DNA of 64,000 nt from Podarcis bocagei (Eukaryota), in NCBI GenBank assembly GCA_964188305.1, contig OZ076886.1; one strand, written 5' to 3'. The notes below the pieces were generated by a model. It was not told where the DNA came from, did not search any database, and saw only the letters and a program-made list of their open reading frames with translations. Position 1 is the first letter of the stretch. Each line of letters opens with the position of its first letter. The position numbers and the translations under genes were made by a program. This document shows positions 13,601-26,400 of the stretch, piece by piece.

Positions 13601-16600
13601 ACTAATGCCAGGCATGCTATAGATAAATATCATTAACTGAGTATATAAGACCAAATGGTTATGATAAACTGGAACTACAGTATGCAAGACTAAATGGTTA
13701 TGATAAACTGGACTTACAGGCACTATCAGTGCACTGATACTTTTCAGGAACTTATGAGTTTGATGGTGGGAGGGGAAGAGAAGAAGGAAAGAGAAAGGGA
13801 AATGGAAAATAAATTTACTTACCAGCAAGTCGAAAATACTGATCAAAAAGTCCAATGTTCACTGAGTGGAGATCATTTAATTTTAGGACCAAGCAGTAAG
13901 AGAGATGGAAAGAACTGAATTCATAGTCCAATTGTCCATTGCTCCAAAAATCTGTTAAAATGATTATTGGATAGTATTTAAGAAATTTGGTAATTTTATG
14001 AGAAGAAATCTGAAGGTCGTTTTAAGATCTCAGAAGAGAAGGTTCACTAATCAGTGCAACTTTTTTTTTTTACAAAAAATAGAAATAACCCCCTACTAAA
14101 GGTGGAACTTTGTACTGCCCTAGCAAAAATGGGTTCCCTACCCATGTTTGCTGAGGTAATAGGAGTACAGTGGTACCTCGGGTTACAGACACTTCAGGTT
14201 ACATATGCTTCAGGTTACAGACTCTGCTAACCCAGAAATAGTACCTCGGGTTAAGAACTTTGCTTCAGGATGAGAACAGAAATCGCGCAGCAGTGGCGCG
14301 GCGGCGGCAGGAGGCCCCATTAGTTAAAGTGGTGCTTCAGGTTAAGAACAGTTTCAGGTTAAGAACAGACCTCCAGAATAAAGTACTTAACCTGAGGTAC
14401 CACTGTAATAGCATTTGTAAAGGAAAATAAACAAGCAGCAACCATAGATGCACTCCTTGCTCTCCTCTGCAGACCACTCCCCAATTATATTTTGCCCTTG
14501 CAGCTAGCTGCTGCTGCTAGTGGGGAGATAGCTGAATACAGTCTTGTGGGAAGGGTTATGGGGAGAATTCACAGCTCAGCAAACTTAAGAACTGTATTTC
14601 CACCTGCCAGTTCTCTTTTGCAAATGCCTCCTTATCCCCCCTGCATTAGCGTTACAAGAAAAACACACTGTTCTCAAACCTCCTTGCCTCATGGCATGCA
14701 GTTCCAAGAGTGGCCTTAAATAATTATTCAACATTGAAAAAAGGTAACAAGTCACCTTTTCGTATCTTTTAACCCCAATGCCATTTTTTTGCACTCGTGG
14801 AAAATCATGGCACACACAGAGCTTATTCTGGGGGAGCGGGTATCCTTCCAAAGGATACCACCCATTCTAATTCATTAGTCAAAATGGTTCATCATACAAT
14901 GAATGTCAAGAATACAGAAGTTGCTCCAATCTAAAATCACTTCTCCTTGAAAACATTATTAGAAGCCAGGGATTATATATTCTGCCTTACCGAAGTGGCG
15001 TTCATTAGAATGACTCACAGAATCGTCTAACAAGAAGTAAATAGCTTTAGTTGAGAGCAGAACACAAGCTGTCGCTTCCACATCAGGAGCTTTATAAAAC
15101 AGAACAGATGACCACATGAGATGCCTCAGCTCTTCGTTTTCCACCTAAAATATCGACAATGAAATTAATCAACTATTTTAAGTGTCTGGATGCAGTTTCG
15201 TCGTCAACAGTTATAAAATGCGAGTCCTTTCTAACCCACTTTACTAAATGTTCATATTCAATTGCTGGAGAGTATAGCTTCAGTTCAGGAAGAAATTCAC
15301 ACAATCGTAGAGTTGGAATGCCTGTTTGCCACTGGAAATCTCCCCTATTGATATAACAAACTGAGGACTGATTAAACATGTGGAGCAAGAATTCCTGTGG
15401 ATCCACATTTTCCTATTGTTTGTGGCTTTGGTTTGCATCCATCAGTATTATGAAATACTCTTTAACATCCAGAGTTTTTACCATTGGACCCAAGAGTGTT
15501 CCCATTTTCAGACTTTTAAAGTAACTGAGGTGCCCATTAGTTAATACATATACTGTACCAAAGTTTAGCTCTCACTATTGGTGGAAGCACAATAACAATT
15601 TTGATGCTGCTGTGATGAGTGAACCCAAATGGTCAAATCATCATCATCAACAACAACAGAATATTCACAACTGTTGAGAGTTCAAGGAGTTAGTTCTTTA
15701 AAATGCAACTTCTAAATATGATAAATTTATTATCCTTGCTGTTGTCTGGTCTATTTGATTTTAGATTTTAGAGCAATAAAAAATCCAATCTATTGCCATA
15801 TGACCTTATAATATTAATGATAGTAAAATCAGAAGTCATCAGCACTATTTCTATTATCATTTTCTCCCTCCACAGAAAAAACTATTATGTAAGACAAAAT
15901 GTATCCTGAACATACATTGCACATGAAAATTCATGCCACCATAAACCAGTTAGTTTTCAAGGTGCTAGAGGACAATTTAGCTTTTTTGCAGCAGAATAAT
16001 ATGGCTAGACTTCTGGAACTTCTACCATCAGGAATGTCCCTTCCCTGTGTATTGTACAATACCTCAGCAATGCTGCTGTGGAAAAATTCCATAATGGATT
16101 TTCCCTTTAGCCCAGCCACATACTGAAGAGATGAAGAAACTGGAAGGTGCACAGGTATTTGGTTCTCTTCAGTAATTTTCTGCACCAGAAATTCAGATGG
16201 ATACAGAGATGAGAATGGCAAATGTGGCTTGCATAAGCTGGGAACAAAGAGAGATGAATATACACTGTCAGAGGCAAACCCAAATGAATGAAACACAATT
16301 TCATTCAAACTTACAGACTCAGATTTGAAAGGAACCTTGGTGGTCAACTAGTCCAATTTCCTGCTTAGTGCAGGATGCAACTACAGACTCACAGAAATAT
16401 GATTGTCCCGCCTCTGCTTAAAATACTTCCTATCAAGATCTCAGGATCATGACCCTTAATCCAAGCTGAAAAGTTTATGTTAAAGGGTCCTAGGTGTCCT
16501 AGCTGATCACAGCTGAACAGGAGCCAACAGTGTGATGCAGTTGCTTAAAGACTAAACAAATCACAAGCTTACCCTTAAACCCATCCCTTTGCCTCCTGCA

Positions 16601-19600
16601 CTTTTATACGACTGACCATACATTAATTGTGCAGTTTTAACACCCTTACGCATTTTAGCTGTTTTACTTATTGGAACTCTTCCCAAGATGTACACCTCCT
16701 CTGTAATATTGTGCAGCATTTTGTAAACCACAAGAGACAGAGGTCATCAAACTGGCAATTTATAGAATACTCGTTGCTCAGTTCACCGCAAGCTTTCTTC
16801 ACGGACAAGAAGTTCTCACTAGCTCTTTTTCAGCACGTGATTACAACAGGGAGGAAGGTGACCAACTTGTTGGCCCGGTCCCCTCCACCACATTTCTGTC
16901 AATTAGCTCTGCAGCCCGCTATGCATTTGAGAGCTAAGTTCTGAACTGGGAGCCTGCCACACCAGAGTAGGCTCCCTGTGTGATTTAGATAGAAGCTTCA
17001 TCTTCCAGGAGTCTAAATCATACACAGAACTTGCACGAGTAGTAGAAGAGCAGCAGAAGTCCAGACCCCGGCATGCAGAAGGGGATGCAGCTGAAAAACA
17101 AAAATATGCCAGAAAGCTGGGACCTACAGGTTTGTTCCCATCCTCCCATACTGCAATTTTAAACACACATATATGGCTAAATTTTTGGAGATGGCTAGTA
17201 TTATAGCCACGCTGTGATGAGTGACATTCAAAACAGTTATCCTCACCTTGCAGTTTGGCCATGCCTCTTGGAGTCCCAGAGAGGGTTTCTTACAGATTCT
17301 GCTTTGAAAATAATTATAGTTTTGATGTCTTGTAAAAGTGTCCTCAGAAGACCGTAGATTCTTAGAAAACGGAATTTTTCATGAGGTAGGACAAATACAG
17401 CTGTGACGAATCTGTAGCCAACGAGCAATTCAAGCACGTGGCCATCTGAAAACGAACCTTCTTGCTGAATAGAATGGCTGGCAGGGTGCAAGAGAACAGA
17501 AGCCAGTGGAATCCTGCTCAGCTTGAATATGCTCCTTGCGTTGTCAGAGTCTATGTATTTACCTGGCAGTACATTAAAGTCAACTTGAACGATGTGTAGG
17601 TGTTGGGGTGTTAGAAATATCCAGCAGGGATGGAACATGCAGTGGCCCTCTTCGGCAGATTTATGAAATGTTGAATAAAGTGCAGAACAACCGACGTGTT
17701 TAGAGGAAGTTTTGCCATCACTGGCAGATTCTAGCTGACACAAGACTTTCTGAGCATCAGCTTTATTATGGCAGAAAAGGTAGGCAGGGAAACAACCCTT
17801 TATCTCTGTGTTTTCAGATGAAATGTGATAAAATCCCATAAGCTGGTAGACAAATTCTTGCAAACTTGCTTTGCCACAGTACAGTACAGAACTTGTTAAA
17901 GCAGGCATACAGCTCTGAGAGCGAGACATATGTAAACAGGAATAGAAATCTTGCAGATTCTGAGAGTCCGAAACAACAAACAAGCAGGTATCGCCATTAT
18001 TTACCTTGAGTGTCAAACATATTTCTGGTATTAAAAAGCCAAATTCTGTAAGGTCAGAATATGGAAAGCACAGTGCTAATTTCAAGGCAGAAAGAATATT
18101 CTGGCAGTTTCCTTTGGGATCTTGAGGGATTTCAAATACAGCTACCACACTATTGGTCAAAACCAAACAGGAAGCAAACTGCTTGAGTCCTTTATGAACC
18201 TGAATACAAAAGCTCCAGAGAACTTTGACTATGTCATCCGGCTCTGTTTTTGTGCTGTCAGAAGCTATTTGCACAATATCTGATGTAGGGATGAACTCAA
18301 ATACATTGTCCCCTTCATGAAGCCCCATTTCAAAATAGCCATCTTCAGTATCTGCAACTCTGGAATCACTCAAAAGGTTCCCTGTATTTTGAGTTTCCAC
18401 TGAGAAAGAGGGTGCACTTTCCACAGCATCTGCTATCAAAGCAGAGAGATGTTGCACAAAATCCTGATTTGTGGCAGTGTACGACATACAGGTGAAAGGC
18501 AGGATGACAGTATTAAGAGAGTTGGGCAAGGCATCAGGTTCTTCTTTTGAATGGCCCAAGCTTTATTAAAAAATAGAAAACTATATTAATCCAAGTTCAA
18601 AAATAATCATCCTATTTCCAAGTCTCACTCTGGTGTCTCTTCATTACTAAAATATTTAAAATACAAGTATATGTATTATTATTGATAATTATTATTATAT
18701 GTACTGAGGCAATGGCATTTGAGATAAAAGTAGACGGTTGCTGAACATAAGCACAGGTATGCATTCATTCAGCTGGTCCTTACAAACCATTTCGAGTGTG
18801 TACAGAGTCCATCCTGACCTCAACTTGCCCCATCTGCATTCTGTGGAACTGCTTCCTGTACTTCCTGTTTCACACTTCTGCTTTAAACAGGAAGTACAGG
18901 GAGCTCCCAGGGAGATGAACCCCCTTAAGTCTTCATAACTTTATTTCTCCTCTCTTTGCAGTGATCTCTAGCAGCTACAAGTTTTGAATGCATGCAAATG
19001 TTCAACAGGTATAAGTGGAAATCAAAATGAAACATCACTCTCACCACATGTGATGGGCATTTTCATATTTGTTGGAAGAGTCCAACTGAGAAGCAGGTAC
19101 CTTGAAAGAGAAGGGAATCGGAATAAGTAAGTCACACTCTGATGCATCTGTCAAGTTTGCCCCTGGTACTGCACAACTGAAGGGCAGTACGTTCTTGCGT
19201 TTGCCATCGGCCAGGGGACTAAGGGCCCCTGGGAGGCTGCTCCTACTGACTCCCAAGTAGAGAGTAATGGACAAGAGGGAGTTCAGACGGTCCCCATGCA
19301 TTGCATGCAGCTGCAGGGAGCTTGCTTTGCCAGTGCTTGCTGGAAAGAACACTTACAAGAACTTTGTAACTAAGAAGTTGGGGTCTCTTTGCTCCTCCCT
19401 TCCAATCACTTTTCTTTTTGTGTTTTTAAGATTGTAAGCCTGAATCATTGATTGCTTTAAGAGCAGGAAAAAATATTAAAGCGAAGAAACAAACATACAA
19501 AAGGAGACACAATAATCTAGTAAAATGTGGGCCTAGTCACATAACAACCTTAACATAGTTCAAAAGGTTAATATGGCTCAATAACTAGCTGAACTGTGGG

Positions 19601-20445
19601 CTATAATATGGTTGCCATACGTTCTGATTATCCCAGACATCACTGGGATTTCAATGGTTTTTTTGTGTTGTCACCGAAAATGGACAATGTGTCAAGTTCT
19701 TTGGCATTATTATTATTTTTTTAAAAAATGTTAATTTGTTTGTGTCCGGATTTTCACTTCTTGAAATATGGCAACCCTAGATAACCTGTTTAACTTTAAA
19801 ATGACTTTAATAAGCATCACTTGGCTATCTGGAGTAGCTAGTGATTGCTCTGAATGGTGCTTTCCCCCTTTAAAGCAGAATGGCCATGTATAGGCTTTGT
19901 TGTTCTTCAGTGCAACATGGCAAGTCAACAGGTAGCTCTTTGCAAGTCCTGATAATTAGCTGATCATCCACATAGCAACCTGCAGTCATTGTGATGCCAG
20001 GATACTGACAACTGGGTGCATCGGCTACCTACTTAATTTTGCCTATGAGGGAAGTTGAGAGAAGATAGGTTCTGGCCCACCAAGCAGATATAGTTCCCCA
20101 CTCTTGCTATAGGTAGAAGACATGCCTGCTGAATTGCTTATAATTCAGTGAATACAGCCGATTTCCTTGTATCAGGAGTTTACAAGCAAACCTCAGGAAA
20201 AGAAAAATTGTTTGCTTTTTTAAAATAGCCATGGTATTGTTTCCTCATGTTATTTTTTGCATCTGTCTGTCTGTCCAGCAGATGTCTAAGCGATAAACAA
20301 CTACCTGACATTCAGAAGACATCTTAAGGCAGCCCTGTTCAGGGAAGTTTTTAACATGTGATATTTTACTGTATTTTTGGTTTCTGTGGAAGCCGCCCAG
20401 AGTGGCTGGGGAGGCCCAGCCAGATGGGTGGGGTATAAATAATAA

Positions 20446-20488
<43 letters not shown>

Positions 20489-23400
20489 TCTCTCTCTCTC
20501 TCTCTCTCTCACACGCACACACAAACAATTACAAATTCACTAAAGCAGAAAGATTATCTAACATATAGACAGCTATTTGAAATACGTTTCCAGTCAGCCA
20601 TCTTGCTGAAATCTTATTCCAGTTTTCTCAGACATGGCATTCAGCTTTGAGTGGGCTACAGACTTAGCTGGTTTATGACAAAAACTATCTCAGAAAATGA
20701 GCCATTACCTGATTTCTGCTTCCCAGGCCGGGTGTTTCAGAGCATCTTTGAGTAACTGTATGGCTTGTAGGAGTCGAACTACTTGATGAGAAACTGCTGG
20801 CTAGGACTGTTTTTCTAAAAGTTATTTCTAGAACAGATAAAAAAACAGTTCTTGAACACCACTGATGTAAAAACAAGTAAATATGATTTAAAATATACTA
20901 AATCATATTAACTTTCACATGCTCTGAGAAAGAAAATGCATTGTATTTCAAGCATACATTTATACAATGTCATCCTGTGCTTGAGATTACTTAAGAGAAA
21001 TGCACATCCATCAACTAACATGCCTATTTGACATACTGATAATTTAACAATAATTACTGAATACGCAGGTTCATCAGAAGCTTGGAATCTTATTACTTCC
21101 CACCCAGGCAGCTGCATTTATGCTTGACAGAAGCAAATTATCTCAATGGAGCCGCAGTCTTCCACGGAAATAACTGGGCTGCTGAAATGTGTGAAAGGCT
21201 TGGACTGCAGTTCAGATTGTTTCAGATTTGAAGTCATTTAAATAATTTTAGGTCATTCAGATCAAAATTAGGGAGGCATCCATTTGTCCACTGCATTCAT
21301 CCTTTTCCCTATTGCATATGTGAGCCCATGTTTGGAATTTTCCATCACCCCCCAACTGTCCCATGACTGGCCAGCTGGACTCCCAGGAGGACTGTGAGTG
21401 GAGGGTGCGCTCAGGGAAGGAATTCATGTACTGAACAAGGCTAACTGGACTGGGTATTATATATATTTCTTTGCAGTTCTCTTCTATATATAACCTCAAG
21501 CACTCAAGACAACAATAATTGTTAAAATTAGAAGACAAATGGAAATATTTTTAGCTGTCAATGTTTTTATAGTAATCGTGGCCATACATTCATGTGAAAT
21601 GATCCTTGGTTATGGTATGAAGTAAGGCTAACAGCCCAATTCTGTGTTTGCTCAGAAGTGAGAACAAATTATTACAGTGGAATGCGGTAGCTTACTCCTG
21701 TCTTAACAGAATAATCATAAGCACGTTTATTCAGAAGCAAGTCCTGCTGAAGACTGCTTCTCTAGTAAATGTGCTTAGGATGGCAGTCTAGAAGTGTCAT
21801 GTAATTTAGTTTCAGAATTTCTTTTGTATTTCCTATTAATTTAAAACCAAAAAAATTAGGTTTTCAAACCCCTTAAAATTTTGAATGTGTAACATCACAC
21901 ATTGATGATTTCTTCAACAGAAGACCCCTACAGTCTACCTGTTCATTATGAAAGAAAAAAAACTATCTACTGAATTCTGACAGTAGTTAAGGAAGCTGAA
22001 GAAATATTTGTGCTTTTCTGTTTCCTGTAAAAAATATTTAAATCTTGGATTTCCTGCAAAAAGGCAGTTTTCCTGTAACACTTGATATGATTAATACTTT
22101 ATGGAAACAGATGGTGTCACAAAAACATCAGCAGTTGTTTCAGAAAATAAAATGGCAGAACACATGTCCATCCTTGGAAGTTTCAACCCGAAAGACTGTT
22201 ACAAACAGGGCCTCCGGTTTTCACGAAGAGATCTCTCCCAGCTCCAGCTAGAGATGCCAGGGACCTCCTGTGTGCAGAGCAGAGGCAGGTCACTGAGATA
22301 TGACCTATTCCATATATATATATATGTCCATGACTTTGAATTTTGGCTACATTGATATTTGAAAAAGAACCTGTGAAAACTAGCAACATTAAAAAAACCC
22401 CCAAATGCACATAATTTTGGAGGAAATGTCTTGTACTGATAGAGGATAGAAAACAAGGAAAGATATTACAACGACTTGCACATACAACATTTGGATATTT
22501 CCAAATTCCTACCACAATCTTCTTAGTGTTTGAAGAAATGTGGTAAAATGTTTTCTACTTTATATTTTATTTGCTTGCAATAACCTATATAAATAAATTG
22601 AAGTATATGCCTCATTTACTGCTTATGTAGTATTCTCAGCACGAGTAAGGTAAAGGTAAGGTAAATGTAAAGGACGCCTGGACATTTAAGTCCAGTCAAA
22701 GGCGACTATGGGGTTGTGGTGCTCATCTTGCTTTTCAGGCCGAGGGAGCCAGCGTTTGTCCACAAACAGCTTTCCGGGTCATGTGGCCAGCATGACTAAA
22801 CCACTTCTGGCACAACGGGACACTGTGATGGAAACAAGAGCGCACGGAAACACCGTTTACCTTCCTGCTGCAGCGGTACCTATTTATTTACTTGCACTGG
22901 CATGCTTTCATATTTCTAGGTTGGCAGGAGCTGGGACAGAGCAATGGGAGCACAGCCCATCACAGGGATTTGAACTGCCGACCTTCCGATCAGCAAGCCC
23001 AAGAGGCTCAGTGGTTTAGACCACAGCGGCACCTGCGTCCCTTTCACCACCAGTAGAGAGTTACGGGCTGATGAGAACGCACAAAAGAGCCTGGTGGATC
23101 AGGCCAATGGCCTATCTAGTCCAGCATTCTGTTCTCACAGTGACCACCCAGATGTCTGTGAGAAATCAGCAAGCATGACTTGAGCACCAGAGCACTCTTC
23201 TCCCTGTGGCTTCCAGTGACTGGTATTCAGAAGCAATACTGCCTCCAACCATGGGTATTTGATCATTTGCCTTTGTGCTTCCACTGATGTTGCCAAACCC
23301 CATTTCCCTGTAAAGAAATTCATGTATATCAATGCAGCCTAGAAAGGCAGAACCAAAAGGCCTGGCCATGCAGCATGATACATACATGATTACCTTGACT

Positions 23401-26400
23401 GGAGCTGACAGGACGAGGCAGAGAAGGAGAGGGAGGATGTACAGAAAGAGAAGAACAGTTTGATTTTGAACTGGCAGCAGAAAGCTTGGGATCTTCAGGG
23501 ATCTGAGAAAGAAAAAATGAAGGGCTGGGAACAAAGGCTACAAAGCATCCCTATCTTGAATGAAAACAAAGACAGATTTGTTAGCAAGCAGTAGGGCTCT
23601 GATAAATTAGATAATTTTAAAACACAGCTTCTTCACCATAATACTGGATGTTGGCAATACTGCATTAACAGCACTTAAGATAAATTTAAAAAGTCAAGTG
23701 TATGAACACAAGCAAATTATCCACCTTTCAATGGACCAATTAACTTTAGTACCAGAAAGAAAACGTTAGGAATGTTTTCCCAAGAAACTCCAAAGTAAAA
23801 CCCAAGAGTGAGAAGAAACCCATCAGTAACTGTTTCTTCCTATGGGCAATATCCAACGTTACTCATACTCAAAGCAGACCTAGTGAAATTCAGGGATGCC
23901 AACAAGATTCCCTGTGTATGGAACACTGGATGTGGATTGGGCCCCCTGCATACACACAACATGAATGCAGCCTACTGAAAATAACTGCTGCTTATGTGTG
24001 TACATATATAAACTTAGCCTATCCTACCTCGCAGGGCTATTGCAAAGATAGAAAGGGTTGGGAGGGGAATGTACAAACCATGAGTTCCCGGGATGAAAAG
24101 CAAGATACAAATATGCAAAAAAAAAAAAGAAGAAGCAACCAATACTCTAAGCATGTGCAGTTTCACAACTCCCAAAAAACACAAAACATTTTGACAACCT
24201 CGAGGAACAAAAAAAACGTATCCATGTGTGCTAACAGTACAATACATAGGAATTCTAACTTGCTGAAGCTGTGATGTTCTGGATGATTTTATAGTTGTAC
24301 CTGCAGACTCATTTTGTATATTCTATATTGTTGTTTTATGGTTACTGTATATTAATAAGCAACAGCCCAGCCAAAACAAGCAGACCAGTTGTGGTTGCGT
24401 GGAGGGACGTGGAAAATCAGGAGGCAGGGGGGAAGAGAATGACAACGGCGACCTTGCCATATCACAATTTTTTCCCAGTAGAGAGTAGTTTGATGTGGGT
24501 TTTATAATATAACCAAGACCACAGCCTGCTGCACATGGAGGATCAATACTTCTTAGGGTTTAAAATAATATTTACCACTAAGCAGATAAATAAAAAACCT
24601 GTGTACTTTACATGTAGATCCCTAGAGATTTACATCCCACTGAAATATGTTTAATACCCATTGTTCAATATTTTTATTATTCTTTATTTGTATTTCATTT
24701 CCTAACCACCTTCATCTGTATAGATCACAGGGGCACTCCTTCATGTGTGTCGCTCCCAAGCCAGTCAAAGCTTTATACACCAATGTAAGCAACATGGTAG
24801 CCAATAGGCGCAAGTGAAGCTCCCAGAGAACTTGTGTTCTATGATTCATCCTTCTAGGAATAGCATGCAGCAAACCTGCTATGGCATTCTGCACCAGTGG
24901 CATATTCTGGATCAGATTCTGGGCAGCCCCACTATAATCTAGTTGTGCTACAAGTTGCAATATTGCATGCTGATCACATTCTACGAAAGTTTCCCATCTC
25001 CTCATAGCTGTGCCAGTGGGGCAGGAAATATGCAAGCCCTCAGGGAGTCATTCTCATAACTCTAAACCAGGATTTTGCATTATGTCCAAACACTATCAAG
25101 GAATGTCAGCGAAGTGAGGGAGAAGATATTGTCTAAATGGAAATTTCAGTATAGTGCACAAAGAAATGTCTTCAAACAGGCCACCACTTCCACATAATTT
25201 GATACATCATCTTGCCTCCTTCCTAAAAAAAGTTTAAAAGCATCCTATTGAACAGGTTTCATTATCCATCCATCTCTCACCTTTTTATCAGAGTTGTTCA
25301 TTCTGCATTTTGCATCTTTTGCTTTTTGAATAGCCTTCAACACTTCCACAGTGTCAAGTTCTTTTTCAGTGGTCACAGTATAATCCAAACAGACCTGAAA
25401 AACCAAGGGACCAATCATAATAAATCTTCTACAATAAAGCAATTTGAATCCCATTAGCTTACCCAGACAATATTAAATCAATGCAAAAGTTAAAACAAAG
25501 CCTTTAGAACTCAAGTACATATAGACAGACATCTCAACTTAAGATTCCTGCTTATCATATGAACTACCAGTAGTTAAAATTGGCAAACCATATTTTAAAC
25601 ACTGGAATAGCTAGCCCAGTACTGTCAATCCTGAGTGGTAGCACCTTTTTAAAGTCTCTCACACAGGTCTCTCCTACCACTGCTACTTGATAGTATAGTT
25701 AATTGGAGATACTGGGGATTGAATTTAGGACCTTTTTCATGAAAAGCTTGGGCTCTATCACTAAATTTTCATGTTGTGGGTCCTACTCGTTTTATCAAGA
25801 AATTTTATCATATGTGTCAGGGGTTCAGGAGCAGAGGCGAGGGCAAGGGAGGAAACAGAGAGCGAGGGGGAGGAGGCAGAGGAAAAGATGAGTGATGACG
25901 ACGACCCGAGATCTCCGAGTCTTTCCAGTGAATCAGAAGATTCACAGAAAGGAGCACCAGTGGCCAGAACAAGGGGGGAACCTAGGGGGACACCCCAGGA
26001 AGAAGGGTCCAGAGGGGGCTCAGAGGGGAGCAGTTGGAAATCGGGACCAGCGTCACCAACAGAGAGCAGGGGAGAAGAAGGGCGCCAGGTATCAAGCGCT
26101 GGCAGCTCGCAACAGGAGGGAGGGCACGAGTCAGGAGTAGCCACACCTCCATCAGGGAGCGAAGAAACGGTCAGGAGGAAAGTGGAAGGTTGGGCGCGCG
26201 CGCCAAGTTCAAATACACAGGAAGGTGGCGCAGTAAGCAGCCCGGAAAGGGAGCCAGGTCCTAAAGCCCGGCGCAAGGAGACAGGAGGGTCCGGGGGGTC
26301 CGCGTCAGAAGAATCCCGGAAGGAAGAGACCACGGGGGGCAGAGGGACCCAGAGAAGAACGGTCAGGCGGAAAAGGTGGAGTAAGACTAGGTTAGTAAGC

